DNA from: Podospora anserina
Taxonomy: Eukaryota
Assembly: GCA_017654855.1 (NCBI GenBank)
Contig: CM030332.1
Coordinates: 1,860,001 to 1,924,000 of the forward strand
Reading direction: 5' to 3'
DNA length: 64,000 bases
Within the stretch, counting starts at the first letter, position 1, and every line of letters starts with the position of its first letter. Below the pieces are notes generated by a model. It did no database searches and was not told where the DNA came from. It worked only from the letters and a program-made list of their open reading frames with translations. Positions 12,174 to 24,998 of this stretch are shown here, in pieces. A program made the position numbers and the translations under genes.

Positions 12174-15100
12174 CTACTCAGTCACCAAACAAGGCAACAC
12201 CAGCGTCCTCCTCCCCTCTCCCCAACCCTCTTCAAAATAGCCCGCAATCACATCCCCCAACCCCCTAACCCTCGCCTCCTCAAGCCACCTGTCCATCGTC
12301 CAAACCTCAATCTTCCTTCCTGTCCGCCGGGCCAAGTACCCCGCCAACCCCTCGGCCGTGCCCTCGATCTTCTCCTCGTCATCCCCTCCCACATGATGAA
12401 CATACGACACCTTGCTCTTCCCAGCTTGATCCACCGCCAAAGCCGCAGCAACAACATCACCAGCTACCCTCCCCACCTCAGCCATGTCCACGTTCCCTTC
12501 CACCTCCAGCCCGGGTATGTGGGGTACAGCACCCATCTTGGAGCTGAACCGCAATAGGGTTCCCACAACATCTGGTGCGACCTTCACAGCCTCCCCCTTT
12601 CCATCCTCTGCCGTGTATAGTGACACTGGCCTGTGTATCACGACTGTGACTCCCTTTCCAGCCAAGCGTTCAAGCATGACCTCTCCAATCCACTTTGATG
12701 CCGCGTAACCTTCTTTGACTGCTGCATCGGACTCGCATGGCGGGAAACGCGCAAGTGAGCCAGGGGAAAGAGAGTTTCCGCCGTGTTGCTTCTGCGCAAA
12801 GGCAGCAACAGAGGCAGTGGAGATGAAGTGCAGTGGCACCTTCTTTCCTCCCTGGAGTTGACCGGTAAGCACCGCGAATCGTGCGAGCGTTCTTGTGGAC
12901 AGAACATTGGCCGGCTTGAGTGAGTCGTACGTCTTGAGGAAGCTAGTGTCTGCGCCATTGTGTATCATGACGTCTACTCTTGATGCCAATGTCTGGAACA
13001 GGTGTATGGAAAGGCCTAGCAAGGGCGAGGTGAGGTCGCCAGGATATTCTCTGACTTTGGGGTGACGATGGATCCGGCCCGAAGAGCTGTTGGTACCGGA
13101 CCGGACCGCGACGCAGTGCACGGTCTTGACCTGATCGGAAGAGATAAGGTGTTCGAGCAGGTGTTGCCCAAGGAACCCCGTTGCACCTGTGAGGATGACT
13201 TCCAGACCATGCCCTTCAGGAACGCGCTCTTCCGCAGCAGCTGTCTCCAAGGGCAGGTCCTCCTCCAAGAAGCCTTCCATAAGAAGTGATATCTCCTTGT
13301 CCCAATCAACAACAGTCACTACATCTCGCGCTGGATCCTTCAGACCGGTAGTAGCCGTCTGGACAAGCGATGCCATGGCCCCAAGTGAACTTGCCCTAAA
13401 GAGGCTCGGCAACAAGGTGGTATTCTCCAGACCAAACTTCCTCTTCAGCGATGCCTGCAGTTGGATGAGAAGCAGCGAATTGCCCCCCACCCTAAAGAAG
13501 TCGGCTTCCTTCCCCGTGACTGGCGCATGAGCCGTTGGCAGCACCTCCAACCAGATCTCCCGAATTCGCGATTCTGTCTCGGTTAGAGACTCCGCCACAC
13601 CGGTTTCGCCGTCGTCACCGATTTCTGGAAGTGGCAGCGTGTCCAAGGCGCGACGATCCAGCTTCCCGTTCGGCGTCAAAGGCAGCTTCTCAATCGACAC
13701 CGCAAAAGAGGGGCACATGTACGGCGGCAAAGGAAGTCGAGCGATCATGTCCTGCAGGTCAAAGTCCTTGTCGTGTTTGTTGAGAACAACAAAGGCAACC
13801 AACAGATCCCCTTCTCGCAAGGACACAGCAGCTTGGCTCACATTCTCTGCCCCAGCCGTCTTGACAATCACAGCTGCCACCTCGTCCAGTTCAACCCTGA
13901 CACCCCTGATCTGGACCTGCGCATCGCCCTCAATACGACCAAGGCATTGAAGTGATCCATCGGGCAAGAACCGACCCAGGTCTCCCGTGCGGTAGAATCT
14001 TGTGTCCCTCATGCTAAATTCCAAGGCAAACGGAGGGTCGATGATGAATCTAGTCACTGGTTCATTCGGCCTGGTGACATATCCGCCTGCTGCAACACCA
14101 GCTCCTCCAATGCATATCTCGCCTGGGAATCCCTCTGGAACTGGCTCCAGTTTGTCATTGACGATGACGACGGTATAGTTCGGCATAGCAGTCCCAACAT
14201 CGGGGTCTTCATCCCGATCCTTGCGGCGATAGTCGACAAACGTCCTGGTGCACGAAACGGTCCCCTCTGCCGGTCCATATGCATTTACCAATCTCAGATC
14301 TGTCAGTCCCAAAAAGGCAAACGCGTCCAGGTGATTCCGCGTCAGCTTTTCCCCACCACTCACGGCCAACTTCCAGGTCGTGCACTTTCTCAAACCCTCC
14401 CCGCCAAAGCGGATCAGGGCAGCATATTCGGACGGAACGCCAACGGTGTAGGTGACACCTTCGTGGGCCATGATCTTTGCAATAGAAGCTGGGTCTCCTC
14501 GGACACTGTCTGGTACCATGACCACCGTTCCTCCATGTGCCAGTCCACCAAAGATCTGCTCCAGGGAGCAGTCGAACCCAAGTGAGCTTTGCTGCAGAAC
14601 CGTCTCCCTTTTGATGTCATGCAATGACTTTACAGCAAGGACTTGGTTGAGAATATTTGTGTGTGACATGATCACGCCTTTCGGACGGCCGGTGGAGCCG
14701 CTGGTGAAGATGATGCAGGCCGGGCTGTCACTTGCAATGTTGAGAGGGAGTTCATGCTGGTCGTGGTTGTGATTGTTGGCTTTGACTGAGTCGATATCAA
14801 CGATTGGAACGCTTGACCCAATAAAGCCCTGAAGAGTAGCTAGGTCCTCTTCCCCCTTGCACAGCAAAATATGAGGCTCGCAATCCTCGAGCATCAGCGC
14901 CAGCCGCTCGAGAGAGTTACGCCGTTCAAGGGGCACATAAACGCAACCCGCCGCCATGATTGCCAGCATTGCGCACAGGATGTCCCCCAGACCGGTGGCG
15001 TAAACTGCGACAGTCCTTCCTTTCCCGACAACCTGCTGCGCCAGTGCGGTTCTGATCACACCGACCCTCACCATTAACTGCTGATATGTGATAGATGCCG

Positions 15101-18100
15101 TTTTATCCTTGATGGCGATACTCTCAGGGTATTTCGCCGCCATCCGGAACACTCGATGAATGACGGTAACATCCTCGTTGATCGCCATGTCAGGTCCAGT
15201 CCCAACCATAACACCCCGCCTGGCACACTCCTCGTCAGCAAGGCGAAGCTCCTGCAACGCAGGGCTTACTGCGCCATCCATTCGATAAACCAACCCCTCC
15301 AACAATGTCACAAACGACCGCCCCAGCACCTCAGCATCAAACTCCGAGTACAAGTACTTCTGTACTCCAAACCCAATCCGCACCCCCCCATCCCCAATAT
15401 CTGTCACGTCCAGGTGCAAGTCGAACGGATTCCTCGCCACAACCATGTCAGTCCACTCAACCTCACAGCCCCCTCCCCAGTTGGACTTTGACGACCCATG
15501 ACCAAGACGGTAGTTGATCGCTACCTGGAACAGCGGGTGATGGTCACCACTTCTCGGAATGTACAACTTTGTGACAAGAGCGTCAAACGGAAGAGTAGAG
15601 TGCTCCAGAGCAGAAAGCATCGCCTCCTTGGTCGACGACAGCAAATCATCGAACGAGGCATTTGGAGAAAGCGAGAAACGCAGGGCGAGCGAGTTGAGAA
15701 AGTACCCAATCGTATGCTGGAACTCATCACCCTCTGGACGATTAGAATCCATCACTCCAATAACCAAGTCTGACACGTCAAGCCATCTGGACAGAAAAGC
15801 TGCCAATGCTGCAAGACAAAAGTGGAACTTGGTAACTCGTGCTTGGGTGCACTTTGCCTTGATAGCTTTGGCGAATTTGGAGTCGAGTTTCACCTCGAAC
15901 GTGTGAGATCCAAAGGGCGGGTCTTGAGGGCCGCCAAGCTGCTTGCGGTGTCTTGACTTGGCGAAGGGGAAGAGAGGGAGCACTGAAGGTGTGATCTGGT
16001 AGATCCCTTGCCAATATTTCAAGTCGCGCTCAAACTTGTCAGGGTCGGCACATAGTTGAAGTTGGCGTTCAGAAAGATCAATCGCCTGGACTGGCGATGG
16101 CAGGAGTGTCAGGGCTTGTGGGTCCGAATACCCTAGTTGGAGCTCATACAAGAACTGAACAAGGCTTACGCCGTCCATAATGAGGTGATGGTAGGCGACA
16201 ATGATCCAAGCTTCCGTCATCGTGTGTCGGACCACAATGGTACGCATAACCTCGCCATGCCCAACATCAAACTGATGGTTCTTGACGGCTGTGAGCTGTG
16301 TATTAAAGTCGTCTTGGCTCCCTTCCAAGACTTCCACAGAAAGTCTGCTTGCACCATGAACGGCCTGCCGCCCGCTTGCTGAGTCAAAGAAGAACGAGCT
16401 TCGAAGAGCTTCATGTCTTGCAGTAACTGCCTTGATAGTTCTCTCCAGCCTCGCGAGGTCCAAACTACCAGTGAACTTGCCCGCAATGACACAGTTATGG
16501 GTGGACTTGTCTTGCAGAAAGTTATCAAGGAAGAGCAGGCGATCTTGACCATGAGATGTAGAGCCAACACGAAAAATACCATGCTCAGAGACATTGTCAT
16601 CGCCATGGTTCGTACTCTCAGCTGGTGTGGCTGTTCCAGTGTTGCTCACTTCAGTTGAAGGAGCAAATGTTGGCTCAACCGGGGATGAGCCAATGTTCAT
16701 GTGCCGTAATATCTCGGCACCCAGCTCTCGAACGGACGGGCTGTCCAGAATCTTGAGTGCAGGCAGATTGACACCAAGTTCTTTGGAGATCCATGTGCGA
16801 AGTTGAATAGCCACCAATGAGTCCAGTCCAAGTGACAAGAGCGGTGCGAGTGGATCGACCTTTTGCTCAAGTGGAATCTGAAGCGTGTGTTGCAACTTTC
16901 TTCCCATCGCTGATTCCAGCACAGCCAACGCAGTGCCAGAAGGGGCAGACGTAATACTTTCCATCAAGCTGACCTGCTCAACCGATGAATCCGCGTCAGT
17001 CCCTGCTTGCCCCTTTTGTGAAGCGACACTGCCTTCAACAAGAAAGTGCGACATGCGAGGAAGGTTGAACCAGCTTGGCCGGCGCGACTGATCTGGATCC
17101 GACAAATCCCAAAGCCCAAGGCCAGTAAGGAGATCAGCCTCCCTATCAAAGTTCCTGCCGCCCGCAAAGATTGCCTCGGCAAACATGACGTGCAAGTCAG
17201 CCTCAGACAAAGGCTGGGTGTTGTGTTTGCTGGCCAGCTCAACGGCCTCAAAGGCGTTGGATGACTTTGTCAGATACCCCACGTCAGACAAGACACCAAT
17301 GTCAATGACACTGGCCGGAACACCGCGTTTTCTTCTTTGCTGCGCGAGGCCTGTCATAAACAGGTTTGCTGCGTTGTAGTTGGCCAACCCGGGAACACCA
17401 ACCACACTGGATGCCGATGACAGGAAAACGAAGAAATCCAAGTTGTCTGAGGAGCCAAAGGCAGCTTCGAGGTTGATTGAGCCCTGCACCTTGGGCCGGA
17501 GAACCGCGTTCAGATCTTCCAGCGTCAGGTTTTCGAACGCTCGGTCGCGAAGAATCATGGCACCATTGACCACGCCTCCAACCGGTGGCATTTCAGGCTC
17601 CATGTCGGATACTCCCGCAACGGCGTTCAAGACGCTGTTGCGGTTTGACAGATCCAGTGGTAATACCTGCAATTTGGCGCCCTTGTGAGCCAGCTTTTCA
17701 ACTTCGGTGCATTCAACCGATGGGTTGCGGCTGGCTAAGATGAAGTACCGTGCCCCATGATCAGCCATCCAGTTGCAGAGTGAAAGACCAACCGATCCCG
17801 TGAGGCCAGCCAGGAAGTAGGTTTTATCGGAAGAGAGCAGGTATGAACCTTGGAGAGGGCGGACGAGCGATTGAACAGCTGTTTCACTGGAGGAATGGAT
17901 ATTGGTCCAGTCGACAATGGTGGTTGGGTTGGCGGTGTGGGAACCAGCTGCCAATAGCTCGGCAGGTACCAGCCGCGATCCGAGTCTCGTTGACTCATCG
18001 TCCTCTGTACTTCTCCTCAACTTGAGCTTTGCAATAGCATCACCGAACGACCCCATAGAAAAGGCAAGATCCACAACCCAGCCATTTTCTTGACGTGCAG

Positions 18101-21100
18101 GTATCTTAAATATCCTGGCAGACTTGTCGATCGCACTCCGGATCTGTTTTGAGATTGCACTGTTTTGATCTCCAAAGTTGACATAAACAGAAACGCCGTT
18201 CGTCGGCGTCACACGTTGCAGCCTTCGCCTTGTGGACTGGGAATGGATGAAGGTGTATCCATATGCATCCTCCAATTCTGGATTTGTAGTGCTGCAAAAC
18301 AGGTCAACCTGTTGCCTTCTTGCCTCTTCCCAGATTTGTGAAACAAAATCCTCAGTTGCCTCGTGAACCCAGACGCAGTGTCCCGCAGTCGAGTGAGAGA
18401 GTATAGCCTTGATAAGAAGTTGCCTCACTACATCTGTTAGCAGGCCTGCTGCGTGACATGCCATATCATCGTCGAGAATTGTGGGGACAGCCATGTGCGA
18501 GTTGTCCACTTTGATGACAGAATTATTGAACCGTGACAATGCAAAAAACCATTGTCCACTGCTTTTTCCACGGCCAAGACAAATGTAGACTGGCTCCGGC
18601 GACTCTTGAGTTCGAAATGCGCAGAGTGTAGAGTACTCCACAGTAAGCAACACCTTTTTCTCTCGAATCTGGCCAGACAAAAGCTCAGGTCGTTGATGCA
18701 GCGCAAATGATCCGCTGTCATCGAGTGCGGGCACCAGTGACAATGGCACAGTCGGCGAGGACTGGTTCGTTTCAATCCCAATGGCCCTCCTTTCTGAGTT
18801 GAGCCGATCATTCCTCTCCTGACTCAGCTTGATCCTCGGCAGCATTTCCATCCCATCTTGACCAACCCGAAACTCCGTCTCCTTACTCCACAGTACATCC
18901 TTTTGTTGACCCTCCCCGCCCCCAAGAAACACCATTCGCATAAAAGCCGAAGCAACCCACTGTGAAAATGCCACCGAGTTGCTCCCAGCTTCCCACCCCG
19001 AATCAACAAACTGCAACGGCCGATCCGGAAACTCCAACATCACCGACCTCGCAATCCCCAGCACCATCTGTGCATGAGGTTGCCGCCCATCATACGCGCC
19101 ACTCGTCACCCACAATACATGCGTCGCCTTGCAGAGAACATTCTGCAGGCCCAAGAAGATCTCGTTGCTGATTTCGCTCTTCGCAAACACAGGTTCCACC
19201 AGCTCCGTTAGGCAAATGACCGCTGTATCCTTTGGAAACCCGTCGCTGAAACTTTCCAACCCCTCTGAACATACAGCAACAGTCTTCGCAGCTCCCGCAG
19301 TCAAAAGCGCTCTCCGAAGATGGTTCGCAACTTTTGTAACGGCCAAGTCGGCCCCGTTGCCCAGGATGAGGACCTCTTTCAGGGAACCCCTGAGCGTTGC
19401 CCCGCCAACGTCTGACCAAAGCGGCTCCCTCAAAAACAACACCCTTTCATCAACCGCTTGACTGACCATCACCGAATAGGTGTAATACTTGGGATCATCT
19501 TCCAAATCTCTCGCAACAACATCAACACCAGAGAACCCACTCTGTAGCAGGACATCATGCCATCTCGCCTCACTGATCAACGGCGAAAAAGGCCGTGCAT
19601 CATCAGCGCCAAGCCACCAGCCTGAGAGGGTGCCAAAAATGAATTCGGTGTGTAACGCGTCACCGGCTGCGGTGTTCTCCAACAGGAGCAGGTAGCCCCC
19701 GGGACGGAGAAGCGTGCGGCAGTTCTTGAGTGTTTCGGTCAGCTTCGGTGTAGCGTGCAAAACGTTGGAAGCAACGATGACGTCGTAGGCACCCTCCTCG
19801 AAGCCTTGCTCCTTGACTGGATCGCGGCCAATATCCAGAGTGCGGAAAATCATGTTTCTTGAAGGATGACCTTCAACAAAACGCTCGTGGGCTTGTTCGA
19901 AGAAGCCGGAGGAGATGTCGGTGAAAGTATACGACGAAAACTTGTCTGAGATGCTCGATAGGATGGCATTGGTGGCGCTCCCTGTCCCGGCACCGATTTC
20001 GAGGAAGCGAAGGTGGGGATAGCGGTGGACGATTTGGGCGGCTGCTTTGGCGATTCGTCTGTTGGATTGCTTCAAGCCCAGACTACGCTGGTAATAATCT
20101 GTCAAGAGATTCTCTTGGAGAAGGAGCTGTAGGGAGTGCACGCGACCAGCAAGTATGTCGGGAAGTGCCTCACCAAGACGGATAATCGTGGTCAGATCCA
20201 CTAGGCTTGGGTACTTCTCGGACCACTCTGTCATCATCCGCGGGTTGTCTTCAGCCCAGTCTTTCGACACTCGTGGATGGTAACTAGCTTCGACACGAGC
20301 CAAGACGTGGTTGACTGCCCAATTCCAGTAATCAATCAGATGCGGGTGTGCTTGAGACACAGACTCTAAGGGCACACCCTCTCGGAGTTGGCGAAGATAA
20401 AAGTACGCCGCACGGTTGACTATGTCTGTTGTAGTCTTGTATAACTCCATGTCATCTTCGACGGCATCACTGTCAATCCCCGCCATGATATCTCGCATCC
20501 ATGTGGTCTCTGAGAAGATGTTCCGGTCATCCTGGGCGTTGAACGAGCCGAATGGTGCACAGCAGAGACCTTCCATCTGAATCTCCGGATAATTATCCTC
20601 GGAGCCGAACACCTCCACGTCGCAGGAGATTTCATTCGAGGACACCTTCCGGATGAAGCAGTCCGCAGATAGATAATCCTTGCTGGACTTTTTCTCCAAC
20701 AAACGAGCTAGATCAACACGGACGAGATCAATGGACCGCGGGAGGTAGGTCTTTGGCAACATTCCGTTCTGGGCCGAAAGAGCAGCCAGGAGACCATGAG
20801 AAGCGACATCCAGAATTGCAGGGTGCAAAAGCATCTGATCCTCACACTCGACAGGTCGACCAAGCTTGACACAGGAATACCCTTTTGTTCGCTGGACCTC
20901 CTGGGCTAGGAAGTCGCCAGAGTATTGAAGTCCGGTCGAACGCAAGGATTTGTAAAAGAGATCTATGTCGACGGCATCCAGGTCGGTCAGTTGAAGCTCT
21001 CTCCGAGGCAATACAGCCTTTTCTGGGCCATGCTCGGATCTTGAGCGATCAATCGTGAGAACAACTCGGCAGGCGAAATTCCGGCGGGAGTCGTCAATGC

Positions 21101-24100
21101 CAACCTCGGCTTGGGCATTGGCAAGTGCGCTACTGCACGAGAACTCAGCCAAGATTTGGGCTTGTTGATTGCCAGTGTCATGAATATCTCCATCGACTCG
21201 CAACGTTGAGAAGACCTCAGTAGCCGTAGAATCGTGATCTTCCAGAGTGATAGCACGGTGGATGCTGAGGTCCTCCAACTCCACCAGTACGATTGACTTT
21301 TTGTCACCAACCAACGTGATTCCGGCATCCAACGCCATGGACACATAGCCTTGAGCAGGGAGAAGTACCTGACCTTGAAACTTGTGGCCACTGAGCCACT
21401 CAAGCTCGTCAAGCTTCAGTATGTTACGCCAGCGTCTCTCTTTCGGGTCACTGTCTTCGAGACGGGACCCCAAGAGAGGATGAGGACGCGTATTTCGGGT
21501 GCGGAAACTCTTCGACGCTCTGGATTCTCTCCAAAGGGGCTTGTCATGGTCCCAAGAATAATGGGGCAAATTCTTGCACACCTGGTAATTCTGTTTAGAC
21601 CACTTCTCTGGTCCTAGACAAGCCTTGGTGAACCCCTCAAAGTCAACCACAGGCCTGGCGCTTTGAATTCCTTGGGGAGAACTTGAGCTGAATTGTGTCC
21701 AGATAGATCCCAGCGTCTCCTGTATTGCTTCCAAATCGTCCAAACCCCTCTTTAGTGTCCCGCCATGAGTCAATTGGACACCCATGCTGGTGATTGTGTC
21801 TTGAGTCGGTCGCTTCAGGGCAGGATGTGGTCCAACTTCGACAGCCATAATCCTGTCAGACGCCATTCCCTCGGTGGCCTTCTCCAGGGCTTGGGAGAAC
21901 AGCACCGGGTTCACCATATTGTCGATCCAATATTGGGAGGACAGGGAACTGACGTCCACGGGAGACTCTGGATAAACGCTCGAATACCAGATTGTGCTGC
22001 TCGTTTTCGCTGTCGGCTTGATATCGCAACTGACCAAGAATCTCCGGTAATCAGGAACAAACTGCTTCATATGATGAGAATGATACGCAGTGTCGACGCG
22101 AAGACCTCTCGCAAAGACCCCCTGTTCATTCGACAGCATGTTCAGCGCCTCATCAATAGCATCAAGGTCACCAGACAGGGTGACACTGGTTGGTGAGTTA
22201 CAGGCAGCAACACAAAGTCTGCCAGCGAATTGCGGGCGACCACAAAACATCTTGGCATCGTCAACAGTCATGTCGGCAGCCAACATGCCACCTTTCTTTG
22301 CCTTCTCGTTGATCCGGGAACAAGCCAGGCCGCGGTAATAGGCGATGCGAATGGCTTCGGTAGCGGTCAGATAACCCGCAGCGTAGGCAGCAGCGATTTC
22401 TCCAGATGAATGACCGGCAACCCGTTCAAAAGTAATACCTGCACTTTGAAGGAGGTTGACAAGACCAATCTGTACTGCTGTGCAGAGTGGTTGAGAGATC
22501 GAGGCCTCTTGCAACCGACTCTTGTCTGATGCCGCCCTCAACTCGACTTCCAGCGACCATGAAGGAGGATTCTCTGGCACAGTGCCTAAAGCATGCTCCA
22601 ACTTCTGTATAGTTTCTCGAAACAAGTGGCTCGATTCAAGCAAACCGGTTGACATGGTCGCCCACTGTGCTCCCTGTCCCGTGAAAACTCCTAGAATTGG
22701 GAGAGACTGGCCAGTGACGACAATAGATTTGCTCCGTGGAAGGTCGAGAGATTTGGAACCCTTCGTGGACTGCAGCCAGGCACCCACTTGTTGCATCAGG
22801 GTGACTTGCGTTCGGCCGGAGAAGGCCAGCTTGAAAGGCAGTTCTGACCGTCTATTCTGCAGGGTCCATAATAGGTGGCCGAGGTCACCGTGGTGTTGTC
22901 CAAGGCCATCTTTCAGGACTGACAGGAGCCTTGCTGCTGTTTCCATGAGAGACTGAGGTGAGTTCGCGGAGAGAAGCAGAGGACCGCATGCCTCGCCATT
23001 TACATTCTCCTTTTCCCAGCTCTCAACAATAACATGACAATTGGTACCTCCAAAGCCAAAACTATTGATACTGGCACGGCGCGGAACACCCGGTGGAAGA
23101 TCTGGCCATTTTTGCGGTGTGGTGGGTATTTCCAAGTGTTGAAAGAACGGTTCAACTGCAGGAGAAAGACGACTGAAATGGAGGTTTGGTGGAATGATCC
23201 CATGTTGCATGGACAGAGATGCTTTCAGTAACCCGGCAAGCCCAGCTGTGCCTTCGGTATGACCAACAACAGTCTTGATAGAGCCCACAAGCAGTTTACC
23301 AGTGGCTGTCGAGTCATCCGGAAAGAAAGCAGTCTGGACTGCACGAGCTTCAATGGGGTCTCCAGCCGGCGTGCCCGTACCATGGGCTTCAAAGTACTGG
23401 CACCGATCCTGAGGGGAAAGGACATTCAAACCACACGCAGCGTAGGTGGATCGGATAAGATCGGCCTGTGAGGTAGCACTGGGCATAGTAATACCGGTGG
23501 TTCGGCCGTCTTGATTGACACCGGTTTGCCGTATAATGCATTCGATATGATCCCCGTCTCTGAGTGCTGCAGACAGGGGTTTCAACAGGACAGCTGCAAC
23601 CCCATCCCCTCTTGCATATCCGTCGGCATTCGCATCCCACATTGCGCAACGTCCATTGGGAGATAGCATGCCGAGCTAAATATCACCACCATCAGCATCA
23701 TATCCACACCAGGAGGTAGTGTCTGGACTCACATTGGACTCAAAGATGAATTGCTCGGGCCCAAGCAGCAAATTCACGCCTGCCGCAACGGCAATTTTGG
23801 ACTCGCCAACGCGCAACGCTTGAACGGCGAGATGCAATGCAACAAGGCTGGAAGAGCAGGCTGTATCGATGGTGACGGATGGCCCGTTCCAGTCAAAGAA
23901 GTATGAGACACGATTAGACATGATGCTCCTGGCCGTTCCAGTGGCTGTGTACTGAGGAGCACTGTCGACATTGCGGAGAACAACATCGTAGTAGTCGCCG
24001 TTTAGTTGACCAACGTAAACACCAGTCGAAGACCCTTTCAGTTGTGATATTGGATATCCAGCAGCTTCGAGAGATTCGTACACGACCTCGAGTAGGAACC

Positions 24101-24446
24101 GCTGCTGCGGGTCCATGGACTCAGCTTCTTCCCTGCGTATACCGAAGAAGCCATTGTCAAACAGCCGGGAATCTTCTTCGAGAAAATATGCCTTTTGTGT
24201 ATTCGTAGTCTACAGAGCAAGGTTAGAGACCACATAGAGTTTGTATCACATCATAAGACTTACGCCATGATGCCGCGAATCCTGATGATAAAATCCAGAG
24301 AGATTAAACCTTGATTCTGGAATCTGGGCTGAGATGTCACGGGGGTTGGACAAGAGATCCCACAGTCGTGAAGGGGAGGAAGCACCACCAGGGAATCGGC
24401 AACCCGATCCAATAATGGCAATGGGCTCAGGAATTTGTGAAGCCAT
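12174..24446 (-). CDS. Iterative hybrid PKS-NRPS (KS-AT-DH-CMeT-ER0-KR-ACP-C-A-T-R), about 4050 aa
   Basis: [64 protein letters not shown] and HPAILD; CMe[91 protein letters not shown]. Introns 24263-24210 and 23732-23676 restore one frame. Alternative ATG at 24461. Confidence 0.97.
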
Positions 24447-24998
24447 ACTGAACACAGGCATAGGCCACTAGGTGTGCATGTAGGTAGGTCGTTCTGTCCT
24501 GCTCGATAGCCTCGGAAACTTTGATCACTCCGTGGAGTCTGGCTGATGGTGGAAGGCCTAAGAACGCGTGCAACATCATGTTCCTCGTAGATGTATACTG
24601 ATGCTTGCATCTGGAATTCATCAGTCACTCAGTGTGAGTGCCTAGCCACCTAGGCAAAATTCCTATTCGGGAAGGAGATGCCGCCTTTCGTGACATCGTG
24701 TCAGAACCTCAACGGCGAGTTCGCCTCAGTGGTGCAGAAACGAAAGTGATGACAGGCATCTCTGTCATCCATGGTAACTAGGGCTGAGGTGTATGGGTCT
24801 ACTGTATACATCGAGTACCGCTCGATGGCATGCCGCAGTCCCGTCGCTCCTTCGGGACTTTGGTAAGCTAGGCATTTCTGCCGTTGGATCTCGAGCATTT
24901 AAGAGGCGTTGGCTTGGTTGTTGAATGGATTAGAAGCTCCCAAGCTCCCAAACCACACCACCTTTGAGAAAATCACCAATAGCGGAAACCCGTGCATA
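24447..24998. promoter_or_regulatory. Divergent (bidirectional) promoter region between PKS-NRPS and hydrolase
   Basis: 552 bp between head-to-head start codons at 24446 (-) and 24999 (+). Confidence 0.7.

Noticed and set aside
12021-23649. Many short ORFs antisense or out of frame within the PKS-NRPS
   Set aside because: Shadow ORFs of a long coding sequence with no independent motifs.
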